From contig OZ024745.1 in NCBI GenBank assembly GCA_964016885.1, positions 69,130,001-69,194,000 on the forward strand: a DNA stretch of 64,000 nucleotides. The letters run 5' to 3'. Of this stretch, positions 27,281-40,890 are shown in pieces (positions within the stretch are counted from its first letter, which is position 1; each line of letters opens with the position of its first letter). The position numbers and the translations under genes are program-made. The notes below the pieces were generated by a model that did no database searches, had not been told where the DNA came from, and saw nothing but the letters and a program-made list of their open reading frames with translations. The stretch is from Eledone cirrhosa. Its lineage: Eukaryota.

Positions 27281-28420
27281 TCAGGTCACCAGTTGGTGCT
27301 ACTGGTAACATGTATCCCAGTACAACCTGTCTCATGGTCGTTGGCGACTAAACTGGCAACCCCACCAAGGTTTCTTGGTGAGGAGGGTGACTTTGGACAT
27401 CCTGCAGGACTAAAAACAAAACCTGTCAAAGGGAAAGGAGCTCGTAAGAGTCAATGACCATCCAAAATCACCGGGAGAGATGACCTCTTAGCCTTTGTCA
27501 AGGCAGAATTCTAGGAGAAGGAAAACTCTGATATAACACCTGCAATCCTGATGGTATCCAATGATGTTGACTTGTTCTGCTTTTTGGTAAATATCATCTT
27601 GGTTAAGAGAGTAGGACTGGCTTTGTGCAGTGCCTTTGCTCACTATAAAAGCTTCACGGCACAGGCATTGCTTTATATCTGGATATCTCTCTGCACTTGT
27701 CGTCATATGGTACCATGGCCCAGCAGTGTGTGTCAATAATTATCACAAATGTAGTGTTTGTACCAGAGTTTTCAAGTCGCTGGCTGGACTAAAAAGCCAC
27801 ACTCGTTCAGCGCATCTGTAGGGGTTCTCCTACATGGATATAAAGTAGTGGCCGTACTCGAAAACGAGTTGGCAGCCACTATGTATGTATGTATGTATGT
27901 ATCCCAGTACAATCTGTCTCATGGTGAGGAGGGTGACTTTGGACATCCTGTAGGACTAAAAACAAAACCTGTCAAAGGGGAAAGGAGCTCTTAAGAGTCA
28001 ATGGCCATCCAAAATCACCGGAAGAGATGACCCCTTAGCTTTTGTCAAGGCAGAATTCTAGGAGAAGGAAAACTCTGATATAACACCTGCAACTCTGATG
28101 GTATCCAATGATGTTGACTTGTTCTGCTTTTTGGTAAATATCATCTTGGTTAAGAGAGTGGGACTGGCTTTGTGCAGTGTTTTTGCTCACTATAAAACCT
28201 TCACGGCACAGGCATTGCTTTATATCTGGAGATATGTCATCAAAAGGTACCATGGGCCCAGCACTATGTGTCAGTAATTGTCACAAGTGTAGTGTTTGTA
28301 CCAGAGTTTTAAAGTCGCTGGCTGGACTAAAAAGTCACACTCGTTCAGCTTATCGGTAGGGGTCCTCCTACATGGATATAAAGTAGTGGCCGTACTCGAA
28401 AACAAGTTGGCAGCCACCAT
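27281..28420 (+). mobile_element. Two tandem copies of a short RTE-derived non-autonomous element with (TATG)n tails
   Basis: Units 27281-27880 and ~27900-28420 are highly similar. Each ends in a C2H2-like HKCSVCTRV.KSLAGLKSHTRS followed by tggccgtactcgaaaac.agttggcagcca, then (TATG)n. Confidence 0.8.
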
Positions 28421-28716
28421 GTATGTATGTGTGTGACTGTGTCTGCTTGTATCTATCTATCTGTTTGTCAATCACTCTTTGTATCTCTTTCCCTATTACA
28501 TATATGTAAGTGTGTAGGTAGTTCGTTATATATAAAATTAAATCTATATGCATACACTCTATAGAAACACACGTTTAAATTTACACATACGAACATACAG
28601 ACATGCGCACACCCACGAGCACACATAAACACACACACGTATATAATTAATAAAATCATATATATATATGGATGCCTGTATGCTTATGTGTATGCACAAG
28701 CATACATTTATATGTT

Positions 28717-28783
<67 letters not shown>

Positions 28784-28857
28784 GTGTATGTGTGTGTATG
28801 TGTGTGTACGCACATGCATATTTAAATATATACACATGCTTTTTATATATATGTATG

Positions 28858-28935
<78 letters not shown>

Positions 28936-30397
28936 CACAATGCGATAGAGACGGAAAGTGGTAAAGGAAGGAAGATACGAAACATGAGATAGTTTTAAGC
29001 ATATTAAGGAATATGGAACAAGATCGCTTTGAATTAAGCGAGTGATCAACTAACTCTTTAAAGGGAGCTAAATGCAGTGAAGCAGGGTAGGTTTTGATGT
29101 AAATATTTGAATAATTGCGTTCATCTTCATGCATAGAAAATAACAAAGTGTAACGATGCGAAAAGATACAGAGACCTCCGACCCTTTGTAAACGAAGTTT
29201 GATTTTCTGTAAAGCCAATAGACGATTCATAATAACCTCTTGAGTAAACACATTTCTGAAGGAGCCTGCACTTATGCTTCGTTATTAAATTACGGGGGTA
29301 GATAACAGTAATATATTATGGTTAGTTCAATAATCTTCTTATATTAATTATCCTTGTTCATATCATTGCAAATATTTCTTAATTTACATCAGGATTTTGG
29401 GTTTTTAAGTCTGTCACTGCGAGAATAATATCCAAGTTATAGTAACAAAAAAACCTCTGTGGGCAGAAGTTTGAAATTAGTTTTTATTTTGTTAACTAAA
29501 TAAATACTTCTGCATATCATTGCTTTTTTAAAAATCTGAGATAAATATAATCGAGATATACCTTGAGTTCAAATTATAAGCTTCACCGTAGAAATGCAAA
29601 CACATGCAAATACATTGTTATTCTCGTCATATACAGAAGGTTAACTAATAAGATTTGTGTAAGGAGAGAATAACGTATTTACATTTATTTACGTTTTCGA
29701 AACGAGGCTTGGAATACAAACTATACATATATTTATATAAATATGAAAAAGTTTGACCTTTGAATTACAAGTAAAATCTGTTCAATGGATCTCCATACAG
29801 TTTTGCTAAGCCCTATTTCACTTATAATTCTTGGGTCGTCCTAAGCTAAAGTCTCTTTCCCAAGATATTTTTGCAGTGGGATCGAAACCGATTAAAGACA
29901 TTAAAATCTATTGTTCAGGAGGAATCTATAACACTACCTATGCATTTCCATATTCAGAACTATTTTCGGTGTAAGGATTTGAACTCAGTGCACAAAGAAC
30001 TGTACAATGTTCTAACAACTCTGGAAATTTGTCACCTTATTCGATGATGACCTATGGATAAATAGCGAAGAAACTAAGGAATTATTTGTGAAGTCCTTTA
30101 CATTATTATCCCTGGTTCGATACTACTGCGTGATATCCTGGACATATGTTTTTTTCTATAGCCTCTGGTTGACCCAAACCTTGTAAGTAAAATAGGGCAG
30201 ACGGAAACTGTGTGGAAGATCGTCGGATATAGTATATCTGCAATTCTAATTATTTCAGGTTGTGTTTAGATTCGGCTTGGGACATATATCGAGGGCACAC
30301 TTGTTTGTGGAGTACTTAAACACGTACACATTATTTCGTGAGCTTAAAGTTCAGTTGATCAAAGAACATGATGTTTATCGTCAAAACCTATGGAGTA

Positions 30398-30399
<2 letters not shown>

Positions 30400-30445
<46 letters not shown>

Positions 30446-30502
30446 TTCATCATCATCATCACCAACATCATCATCATAATCATCTCCACCAACATCATCA
30501 TC
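30400..30502. repeat. (CAT)n microsatellite
   Basis: Direct observation; source of the poly-H/poly-D/poly-I ORFs. Confidence 0.95.
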
Positions 30503-30699
30503 ACCGTCGTGAGACAGGTTCAGTACACCAACACGTGTAAAAAAACTGGTCCTTTTTGTTTTCAAGAATAGTCCAGACAGTGGGTTTCTATACAGTTTCT
30601 TTCTTTCCAATTTTAGTAACAAAGTTTATATTGAGTAGAAACTATAGAAGTTAATTAATTTTAAAGAATAATTGATTGTAAGAAAACAATAGTTCATCA

Positions 30700-31150
30700 T
30701 AAGTGTTGCTGTCTTCGTCCGTCTGTAATCAATGTTTAATATGACTCTGGATACTTCATTAGTTGGGCTTTCTGAGCTATAGGTGGCTACTGAGTTGATT
30801 CTGTCACGGGAGTAGTGGTCACACACAAAATGAGTTTCTTTGAAGGGCCAGCTGAGCGACTTATGTGGATCTCGCGTTTGTATTACGCTGTCTCGATACT
30901 TGTCTCCAGAGGCTTCTTCTTGGCAAGTTCTACCCAGTATTTCATGTCAATGTTCATAACTTTCGTGTTGGCCTCAGGTTATCCTTGTAATATTTCCTAT
31001 TTGACCACCAGCTGTTGTTTTTGCATCGGAGAATCGTTATACGTCGTTCCGGTTTCACTATTTTATATGTCATTCTCCATCTTTATAATCACATTTCCTG
31101 GCGAGTGGGGCAGTATTCAGTCCAGAATAGCAACCTTTAGATATTGGTAG
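30700..31150 (-). pseudogene. RTE-clade LINE 3' fragment
   Basis: Minus strand GGQ..KYYKDNL..NIDMKYWVELAKKK resembles the RTE C-terminus GGQKKRYKD.LK....I....WE.LA.DR..WR. Confidence 0.6.
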
Positions 31151-31412
31151 GTTTTCAATAAAAACTATTTTGCTTATATATATTGCAAAGATAGTTTGTT
31201 CTTTAATGTTTATATTCCTTAGATTATCATGTTAAATCCACTTAATGATCTCATCTATTTGTCCAACCAAGAGAGAATGAAAAATTATCACTATGTTCTA
31301 TTTCTCTATCTTTGTAAAAAGTACATTCATTAATATCAAAAATATGAGTATTACTTGATTGAAGGAAGCAAAATCACCTGTTGGTGTTTAGGCACACCTT
31401 ATTTTCTATTAT

Positions 31413-32380
31413 CCCGCCGAGGTTAACTTTGTCTTTCATCCTTACGGGGTCGATAAAATAAAGTACCAGTAATGCACTGGGTTATTGCTGGCCTTGTGCC
31501 TAAAGTAGAAACAATTAAAATTAGGCACCGCATTGCATCGGCAGAATCGGTAGAGTGTCGGACAACATGCTTTGTGGTATATAGTTATGTGTCTTTACAT
31601 TCTGAGTCCAAATCCTGCAGTGGTTAGCTTTGCTTTTCAAGCTGACATGGGTGATAAAATAAAAGTACTAGTAATGCACTGGATTCGATTTAATTAACTT
31701 TCCCCTCCCACCAAAATTGTTGGCCTTACGCCTAAAACAGAAGCAATTATTAAATGCAGGCACGGCGGAGGCTTGCACGGAGGTTTGCACGGCGGAGGAT
31801 TGCACGAACATGCTTTGCGGCATATAGTTACGGCCCTTTACGTTTTGTGTTCAAATCCCGCCGAGTTTAGTTTTGCATTTCATCCCTACGGGGTCAATGA
31901 CATAAAGTAACAGTAAAGCGTTGGGGTCGATTTAATCGACTTTCCTCTTCCCTTCAAATTCCTGGTCTTGTTGCAAAAGTGGAAACAATTATTAAATTTA
32001 AGCAGATCTTTTGTATTGTCAGAATCGTTAGAACCATTAATGAATTCAGATGAAGGCGATATATTCAAGAATCGTTAGAGCATCGGACAAAATGCTTTGC
32101 AGCATTTATTGCAACCCTCTTCCTTATTATCACAAAAAGCGGTGGCGCTTCTGACAGGATTTGTGAACGGCAGAGACTATTAGCAACGGTAAAATCAATG
32201 GAAACATACTTTCCTTGGTTCGATTTTTTTCAACATTCTTTGTTCAAATCCCGCTAATATCAATTTGCTTTTTATTCTTTTAGCTTCGATAGAACAAAGT
32301 ACTAGTCAAGTACTGAAATCAATATAATCGAATCTACACGATTGCTGGAATTGTGCCTAAATTAGAAATAATTACTAATT
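31413..32380 (+). mobile_element. Cluster/tandem array of progressively diverged Meta-like SINE copies
   Basis: Repeated ...tttcatccttacggggtcgataaaataaagtacc... and gttcaaatcccgcc B-box segments. Confidence 0.8.
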
Positions 32381-32401
32381 CCAGGCAGTATGATATGGTA
32401 T

Positions 32402-32637
32402 CCCTTTCGTTACCAAATTACTAATGAAAGTCACCGTCTATAATTGTCGAAGCATTTTGAAGGTAATCAAGAATTTTGGTGATATTTTGTAACATAACTA
32501 ACTTTCTGTTTACTTAGCTGGTGTCTGGAATATAACCTAACGAATGTTTTTGCATAATATTATGACGAAAGGTTTTTAAACAAATATAAACACTTAAAAA
32601 ACAATAGATTCAGGCGGTTTGATATGAAAAGGGTTAA
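32402..32637. mobile_element. Possible piggyBac-type MITE
   Basis: Begins ccctttcgttacc and ends gatatgaaaaggg-TTAA (imperfect TIR). A similar end gggttaa occurs at ~46571-46577. Confidence 0.4.
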
Positions 32638-32982
32638 TCAATTCACTGTTAAGTTTATAAAAATCACTTTCACTGTAGAAAGCAATTGTATCGTCAACTA
32701 GATCGAGTGTATTTACATATGGAGTGGCCTTATGGCCTGAAAGATTATGGACACTTAATTATTCTATGCGATGGTTTTGACGCAACAATAACCCCAGCAA
32801 CTGACTAATAATTAATACAGTCGATTATAGATTAATTGAGATACATTGTTGAACAAACAGTTGATTAAAACAATCTGAAAATAAACTAGAATTTGTACAA
32901 TAGACATAAACACACAACATGCATACACACGGAGAACATACGTGCATAAAACCCCACCACCACCCTGCCACCCATGCCCCCA

Positions 32983-33033
<51 letters not shown>

Positions 33034-33102
33034 AATATGAATATATATATGTGCGCGTATATTTGTGTTTGTGTGTGTATATATATATATAAATAAAAAA
33101 AT

Positions 33103-33160
<58 letters not shown>

Positions 33161-33163
<3 letters not shown>

Positions 33164-33351
33164 CGGTGGATTGGCAGTATCGGTAGAGGGTCGGACGCCA
33201 TGCTTTCCAGCATAGTTACGTCCCTTTACGATCTGAGTTCAAATCCCGCCGAGGTTGACTTTGCCTTTCATCCTTACGGGGGCGATAAAATAAAGTACCA
33301 GTAATGCACTGGTTAATTTCTGGCTTTGTGCCTAAAGTAGAAACAATTATA
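33161..33351 (+). mobile_element. Full-length tRNA-derived Meta-like SINE
   Basis: A-box-like tggcagtatcggtag, B-box gagttcaaatccc, central domain and tail aaagtagaaacaattat. Confidence 0.92.
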
Positions 33352-36300
33352 TTTAAAATGTAGACTTTGCAACATAGATTACAATGATAATTGTCGGTCT
33401 CTGTCCGTTTCGATTATTAGTGTTTTACTTGCTCAAATCAACTGAATGTCTAATTCGTCAAAACAACATGAAGTAGTTCAATATTCCACACAGTCAAGTA
33501 TATATTTAAAGTAACTCTCTGGCAGTATCACTGTGACAGAATAAAGGATATGGATGGAGTATGGAATAACAAATACAATGCATATGATGTTTTTCCACAC
33601 GTGGTCACACTACCTGCTAGAAATAGCAACTAGTTTACTATTAAACCAGATCCTACTGACTTATAAAAGGAAATGTACTCCTTCATTCTCTAATACATAG
33701 CCTATGATCTTGGCTGGAGCGTCTTTGATCATTGGTTTGCTTTTTCAGCGTTGATGACAGCAGAAAGAAAAATGTGCAATCAATGAATGTACTATAATTA
33801 GTCATAATATCAAATGCGATATTATCTTAAATGTTTTCTATATATTTTTATATGAATTAAAAAAAAAATATATATATATAAACTGTACCAAAGGATGTAC
33901 AAAATAGTATGAATATACTATCAGATTCTGAAAAATAGAAAATGAGATTATGTTTTATAGTGTAGTATAATAAATAACGTCAATATCCTTTGAGAAACTC
34001 AGTGAAATTTTAAATAAATTACTGAAAGTAAAAGTACACTGTTGACTTACAAAATGGCCATTACGTTCACACTAAGTCTTTGCGTGTTTGATATGAGATA
34101 GGTACTGATTAACTGGAACTCTTTAATCTATGATTCATCAGATCAGTTGTGATATGTATTCAGCTAATCACTAGCTATACAGAAGACCACATGATATTAC
34201 TTCTTAAATCAAAAGAATATTTTTCTTTTATACACTCGATATTAAAGAAATATATATTAAATAAACATATATATTTCTTTGAACGTTTGTTAAAAGAGGA
34301 AGATATTAGGTTTGGTGTATATAATTCATAAACGCGGAAAGCTGTTTTATAGACTTAAAACGATGTGATTGATAAATGGGGGCACTTTGAAGCTATCAAA
34401 TTCTTCAATAAATTTGTTTACACATTTTCATAGAAAAGTGAAACACTAGATATACTACTTTTTAGGTTTGTTTGCGTGAGAAGTATGCGTTAAAAACATT
34501 TGCTAGTTTAATCGATAATGGAAAACCTTGTTTCATTTATCTAAGAATCTCTAGAAAAACTTCAATTTTGAATTATGCTGAAGTATACATATAATTATAT
34601 ACCAACTGTAACAGTATTAGTCCATTCAATTCTATTTTTGAATAATGCCGTTTCAAAGATACTAACATGAGATTAAGTACTTTAATATATAATATGTTAA
34701 CTTGTAATATATTCGAATTATATTCAAAATATTCGTAGTAGAAAAAATATAGGCGCGGAAAGGTTGAGTGGCATGCTACTTCTTCACAGCCATGAGTTCT
34801 CTAGATAAGATTCCATTACGTGCTACTTTGGGCAAACGAATTTTACTACAACCACAGTTGAACACAAGCTATGTAAGTGAAATTAGGTATACGGAAAATG
34901 TCTTCAATCTCTTCGGATGGAAATTAACTATAGGATTCAAGGGACTAAATTTGTCAAACTCTCCGTCATGGTATATTTCCCCCGAGAGCAACTTTAAGTG
35001 TTGTCTATATATAGAACAGCATGGATGAATTACATTCAAATGTTTTCATCTCACTGCGTGGCAATTTAAGCATATATCATTTATAATAGTTACGGTTTGA
35101 CCCACGTTTTGTGAGTAAAACTGAGTACTTATTGTGCTGTGTGAGCTATGAGTGAGTTGGGTAGGGATTAACATGTTATGTCACCGTCTGACGTAATATC
35201 CCGGGAGTATGTAACTGCGATCTTAGCCTTATATAAATATATTATTAAAAATTATGAACCATAAGTCATCAAGTGAGTATTTACCTAATCGCTAGAATCA
35301 TCAAAAATAGCATTGCAATTCCCCATCAAATCACACGGAACTCTGTAAAAAAAGTTACGCACATTGAAAAATTGGGAGCCTAGGCACACCCAAACTAAAA
35401 CTAATGGAATTGTCACGGCCTGAACAAATAACACTGCCATTACATGATCATAGTAGTACATTTGGAACTATAGTAAAGTATCAATTATCTGATAATTTTA
35501 TTGAAGTAAATTATTCACTTAAATTGTCTTGGGTAATTTCATTTCTGTAAAATTTGAATTAAAATTAGATGGAATTATACATATAGTTTTCTGTATTTTT
35601 CGAACAGAATATTTTGGTCGATTATTATATTGATATTCAGGATATGTGAAGAGCTCTCTTGTGGTATATATTAAGACGAACATGAGAGATGTCATCGGCG
35701 GGGCTTGGGCAACACTGTGATAAATGGACACATCATTCTAGAAAGATGAATTTCCAAAATATATATGGAGAAAGTTCAGGCAGTAGAAGAAAGCATAATT
35801 CTCTCCGGAACGCAATGTTGGGTTCTCACTAAGATACTTACTAAGACGGCTAAAGGTTGTATACTCTCGGTTGCCAAGAATAGAAATAAACACACTGCTG
35901 TAAACAATTAACAAAAAATAAAACACTTGGTAACATAGACACAATGGAAACAGGCATGCCTCAGAAATTTTGAAGATAGATTTGCAATCATGAAATTTCA
36001 AATATATTCATACATTACAGTGCTGGAATACAACATTCTCATTAACTGTAATGGAAAACAGGGATCAGTGCAAATTCATTGTCAACATGGCCCAATAAAA
36101 ATCAATCTTATGATGCAATTGTTGATCATAATGAGTTCAGGGTTTGAGTCCATGTAAAATATATGATGACCTTATCAATCGTATCAATACTGCTGTTGTT
36201 TAGTCTCAGGTCAACACTAATCCAAATACATTTGACCAGTGTTATTTCAGCTGGGACTACACATCTTTGCTTTCAGTCACAATGTATTTTGAACTTCATT

Positions 36301-36456
36301 ATCTAATATGTACTTCTTTTGCCTAAGTTATGTTGAGATTGGAAGGAGATCACGCTAATATTAGAAGTTTGACGATCGTCTATGAAGTGCCCCACATTTG
36401 CACGTACTGTCGTTGAAGTCGTCGTTGATGTTTTTGCTATGGCATGTCAGAGATTA

Positions 36457-39400
36457 CTGATACAGTCACTCAAACAACACTGATATAGTCACAAATGTCT
36501 GATATAATCAAAGATGTCTGATACAGTCACTCAAACATCACTGATACAGTCACTCAAACAACACTGATATAGTCAGAAATGTCTGATATAATCAAAGATG
36601 TCTGATACAGTCACTCAAACATCATTGATACAGTCACTCAAACATCACTGATATAGTCACAAATGTCTGATATAATCAAAGATGTCTGATACAGTCACTC
36701 AAACATCACTGATACAGTCACTCAAACAACACTGATATAGTCACAAATGTCTGATATAATCAAAGATGTCTGATACAGTCACTCAAACATCATTGATACA
36801 GTCACTCAAACATCACTGATATAGTCACACATGTCTGATATAATCAAAGATGTCTGATACAGTCACTCAAACATCAGTGATATAGTCACACATGTCTGAT
36901 ATAATCAAATATGTCTGATACAGTCACTTAAAGATCATTGATACAGTCACTCAAACAACACTGATATAGTCACAACTGTCTGATATAATCAAAGATGTCT
37001 GATACAGTCACTCAAACATCACTGATACAGTCACTCAAACACCACTGATATAGTCACTAATATCTGATATAATCAAATATGTCTGATACAGTCTCTCAAA
37101 CATCACTGATACAGTCACTCAAACATCACTGATATAGTCACACATGTCTGATATAATCAGAGATGTCTGATACAGACACTCAAACATAATTGATACAGTC
37201 ACTCAAACAACACTGATGGAGTCACAAATGTCTGATATAATGAAAGATGTCTGATACAGTCACTCAAACATCACTGATACAGTCACTGAAACAACACTGA
37301 TATAGTCACAAATGTCTGATATAATTAAAGATGTCTGATACAGTCACTCAAACATCACTGATACAGTCACTCAAACAACACTGATATAGTCACAAATGTC
37401 TGATATAATCAAAGATGTCTGATACAGTCACTCAAACATCACTGATACAGTCACTCAAACATCACTGATACAGTCACTCAAACATCACTGATATAGTCAC
37501 ACATGTCTGATATAATCAAATATGTCTGATACAGTCACTCAAACATCACTGATATAGTCACACATGTCTGATATAATCAAATATGTCTGATACAGTCACT
37601 CAAACATCACTGATACAGTTTCAAACATCACTGATATAGTCACACATGTCTGATATAATCAAAGATGTCTGATACAGTCATTCAAACATCATTGATACAG
37701 TCACTCAAACAACACCGATATAGTCACAAATGTCTGATATAATCAAAGATGTCTGATACAGTCACTCAAACATCATTGATACAGTCACTCAAACATCACC
37801 GATATAGTCACACATGTCTGATATAATCAAAGATGTCTGATACAGTCATTCAAACATCATTGATACAGTCACTCAAACAACACCGATATAGTCACAAATG
37901 TCTGATATAATCAAAGATGTCTGATACAGTCACTCAAACATCACTGATATAGTCACACATGTCTGATATAATCAAAGCTGTCTGATACAGTCACTCAAAC
38001 ATCATTGATACAGTCACTCAAACATCACTGATATAGTCACACATGTCTGATATAATCAAAGATGTCTGGTACAGTCATTCAAACATCACTGATATAGTCA
38101 TACATATCTGATATAATCAAAGATATCTGATACAGTCACTCAAACAACACCGATATAGTCACAAATGTCTGATATAATCAAAGATGTCTGGTACAGTCAC
38201 TCAAACATCATTGATACAGTCACTCAAACATCACCGATATAGTCACACATGTCTGATATAATCAAAGATGTCTGATAGAGTCATTCAAACATCATTGATA
38301 CAGTCACTCAAACAACACCGATATAGTCACAAATGTCTGATATAATCAAAGATGTCTGATACTGTCACTCAAACTTCATTGATACAGTCACTCAAACATC
38401 ACCGATATAGTCACACATGTCTGATATAATCAAAGATGTCTGATACAGTCACTCAAACATCATTGATACAGTCACTCAAACATCACTGATATAGTGACAC
38501 ATGTCTGATATAATCAAAGATATCTGATACAGTAACTCAAACATCACTGATATAGTCACACATGTCTGATATATTCAAAGATGTCTGATACAGTCACTCA
38601 AACATCATTGATACAGTCACTCAAAGATCACCGATATAGTCACACATGTCTGATATAATCAAAGATGTCTGATACAGTCACTCAAACATCAATGATATAG
38701 TCACTCAAACATCACCGATATAGTCACAAATGTCTGATATAATCAAAGATGTCTGATACTGTCACTCAAACATCATTGATATAGTCACTCAAACATCACC
38801 GATATAGTCACAAATGTCTGATATATTCAAAGATGTCTGCTACTGTCACTCAAACATCATTGATGCAGTCACTCAAACATCATTGATCTAGTCACACATG
38901 TCTGATATAATCAAAGATGTCTGATACAGTCATTCAAACAACACCGATATAGTCACAAATGTCTGATATAATCAAAGATGTCTGATACAGTCACTCAAAC
39001 ATCATTAATACAGTCACTCAAACATCACTGATCTAGTCACACATGTTTGATATAATCAAAGATGTTTGATACAGTCACTCAAACATCACTGATATAGTCA
39101 CACATGTCTGATATAATCAAAGATGTCTGATACAGTCACTCAAACATCATTGATACAGTCACTCAAACATCACTGATATAGTCACAAATGTCTGATATAA
39201 TCAAAGATGTCTGATACAGTCACTCAAATATCACTGATACAGTCACTCAAACATCGCTGATATAGTCACACATGTCTGATATAATCAAAGATGTCTGATA
39301 CAGTCACTGAAACATCACTGATATAGTCACACATGTCTGATATAATCAAAGATGTCTGATACAGTCACTCAAACATCCCTGATATAGTTACACATGTCTG

Positions 39401-40060
39401 ATAAATCAAAGATGATTGATACAGTCCCTCACACACCACTGATACAATCACTCAAACAACACTGATATAGTCACAAATGTCTGATATAATCAAAGATGTC
39501 TGATACAGTCACTCAAACATCACTGATACAGTCACTAAAAAAACACTGATATAGTCACAAAGGTCTGATATAATCAAAGATGTCTGATACAGTCACTCAA
39601 ACATCACTGATACAGTCACTCAAACATCACTGATATAGTCACAAATGTCTGATATAATCAAAGATGTCTGATACAGTCACTCAAACAACACCGATATAGT
39701 CACAAATGTCTGATATAATCAAAGATGTCTGATACTGTCACTCAAACATCATTGATACAGTCACTCAAACAACACTGATATAATCACACATGTCTGATAT
39801 AATTAAAGATGTCTGATACAGTCACTCAAACATCACTGATACAGTCACTCAAACAACACTGATATAGTGACAAATGTCTGATATAATCAAATATGTCTGA
39901 TACTGTCACTCAAACATCATTGATACAGTCACTCAAACAACACTCATATAGTCACACATGTCTGATATAATCACAGATGTCTGATACAGTCACTCAAATA
40001 TCATTGATACAGTCACTCAAACATCACTGATATAGTCACAATCCTCTGATACAGTAACTC
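36457..40060. repeat. Satellite with higher-order structure: A (23 bp, tgatacagtcactcaaacatcac), B (19 bp, tgatatagtcacaaatgtc) and C (19 bp, tgatataatcaaagatgtc) in ABC/AABC blocks
   Basis: Direct reading; higher-order periods of 61 and 84 bp. Confidence 0.95.
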
Positions 40061-40084
40061 AAACATCACAGAGACACTCAAAGA

Positions 40085-40890
40085 ATTCTGATATAGACAC
40101 ATACATCACTGATGTAGTCACTCATACATCACTGATGTAGTCATTCATACATCACTGATGTAGTCACTCATACATCACTGATATTGTCACACATACATCA
40201 CTGACGTAGTCACACATACATCACTGATGTAGTCACTCATACATCACTGATGTAGTCACTCATACATCACTGATGTAGTCACTCATACATCACTGATGTA
40301 GTCACACATACATCACTGATGTAGTCACTCATACATCACTGATGTAGTCACTCATACATCACTGATGTAGTCACTCATACATCACTGATGTAGTCACACA
40401 TACATCACTGATGTAGTCACTCATACATCACTGATGTAGTCACTCATACATCACTGATATAGTCACACATACATCACTGATGTAGTCACACATACATCAC
40501 TGATGTAGTCACTCATACATCACTGATGTAGTCACTGATACATCACTGATGTAGTCACTCATACATCACTGATGTAGTCACTCACATCACTGATGTAGTC
40601 ACTCACATTACTGATGTAGTCACACATACATCACTGATGTAGTCACAAATACATCACTGATGTAGTGACTCACATCACTGATGTAGTCACACATACATCA
40701 CTGATGTAGTCACACATACATCACTGATGTAGTCACACATACATCACTGATGTAGTCACTCATACATCACTGATGTAGTCACTCATACATCACTGATGTA
40801 GTCACTCATACATCCCTGATGTAGTCACTCATACATCACGGATGTAGTCACTCATACATCACTGATGTAGTCATTCATACATCACTGATA
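40085..40890. repeat. 23-bp tandem array (catcactgatgtagtcactcata)n, related to satellite subunit A
   Basis: About 35 copies, direct observation. Confidence 0.95.

Noticed and set aside
27735-27821. C2H2 zinc finger as a host zinc-finger gene exon
   Set aside because: Single finger directly followed by an RTE-type tail and duplicated with the element.
33161-33260. tRNA gene (A and B boxes)
   Set aside because: SINE head with no cloverleaf; continues into the SINE body.
34111-34148. Minus-strand CTGATGA-atc-ata-gat-TAAA-gagt-TC-cagtt
   Set aside because: GAAA is mutated, stem I is offset by 2 nt and there is no element context; could be chance.
36457-40890. CRISPR-like appearance of the regular repeats
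   Set aside because: No unique spacers, no cas genes, eukaryotic context; it is a satellite.
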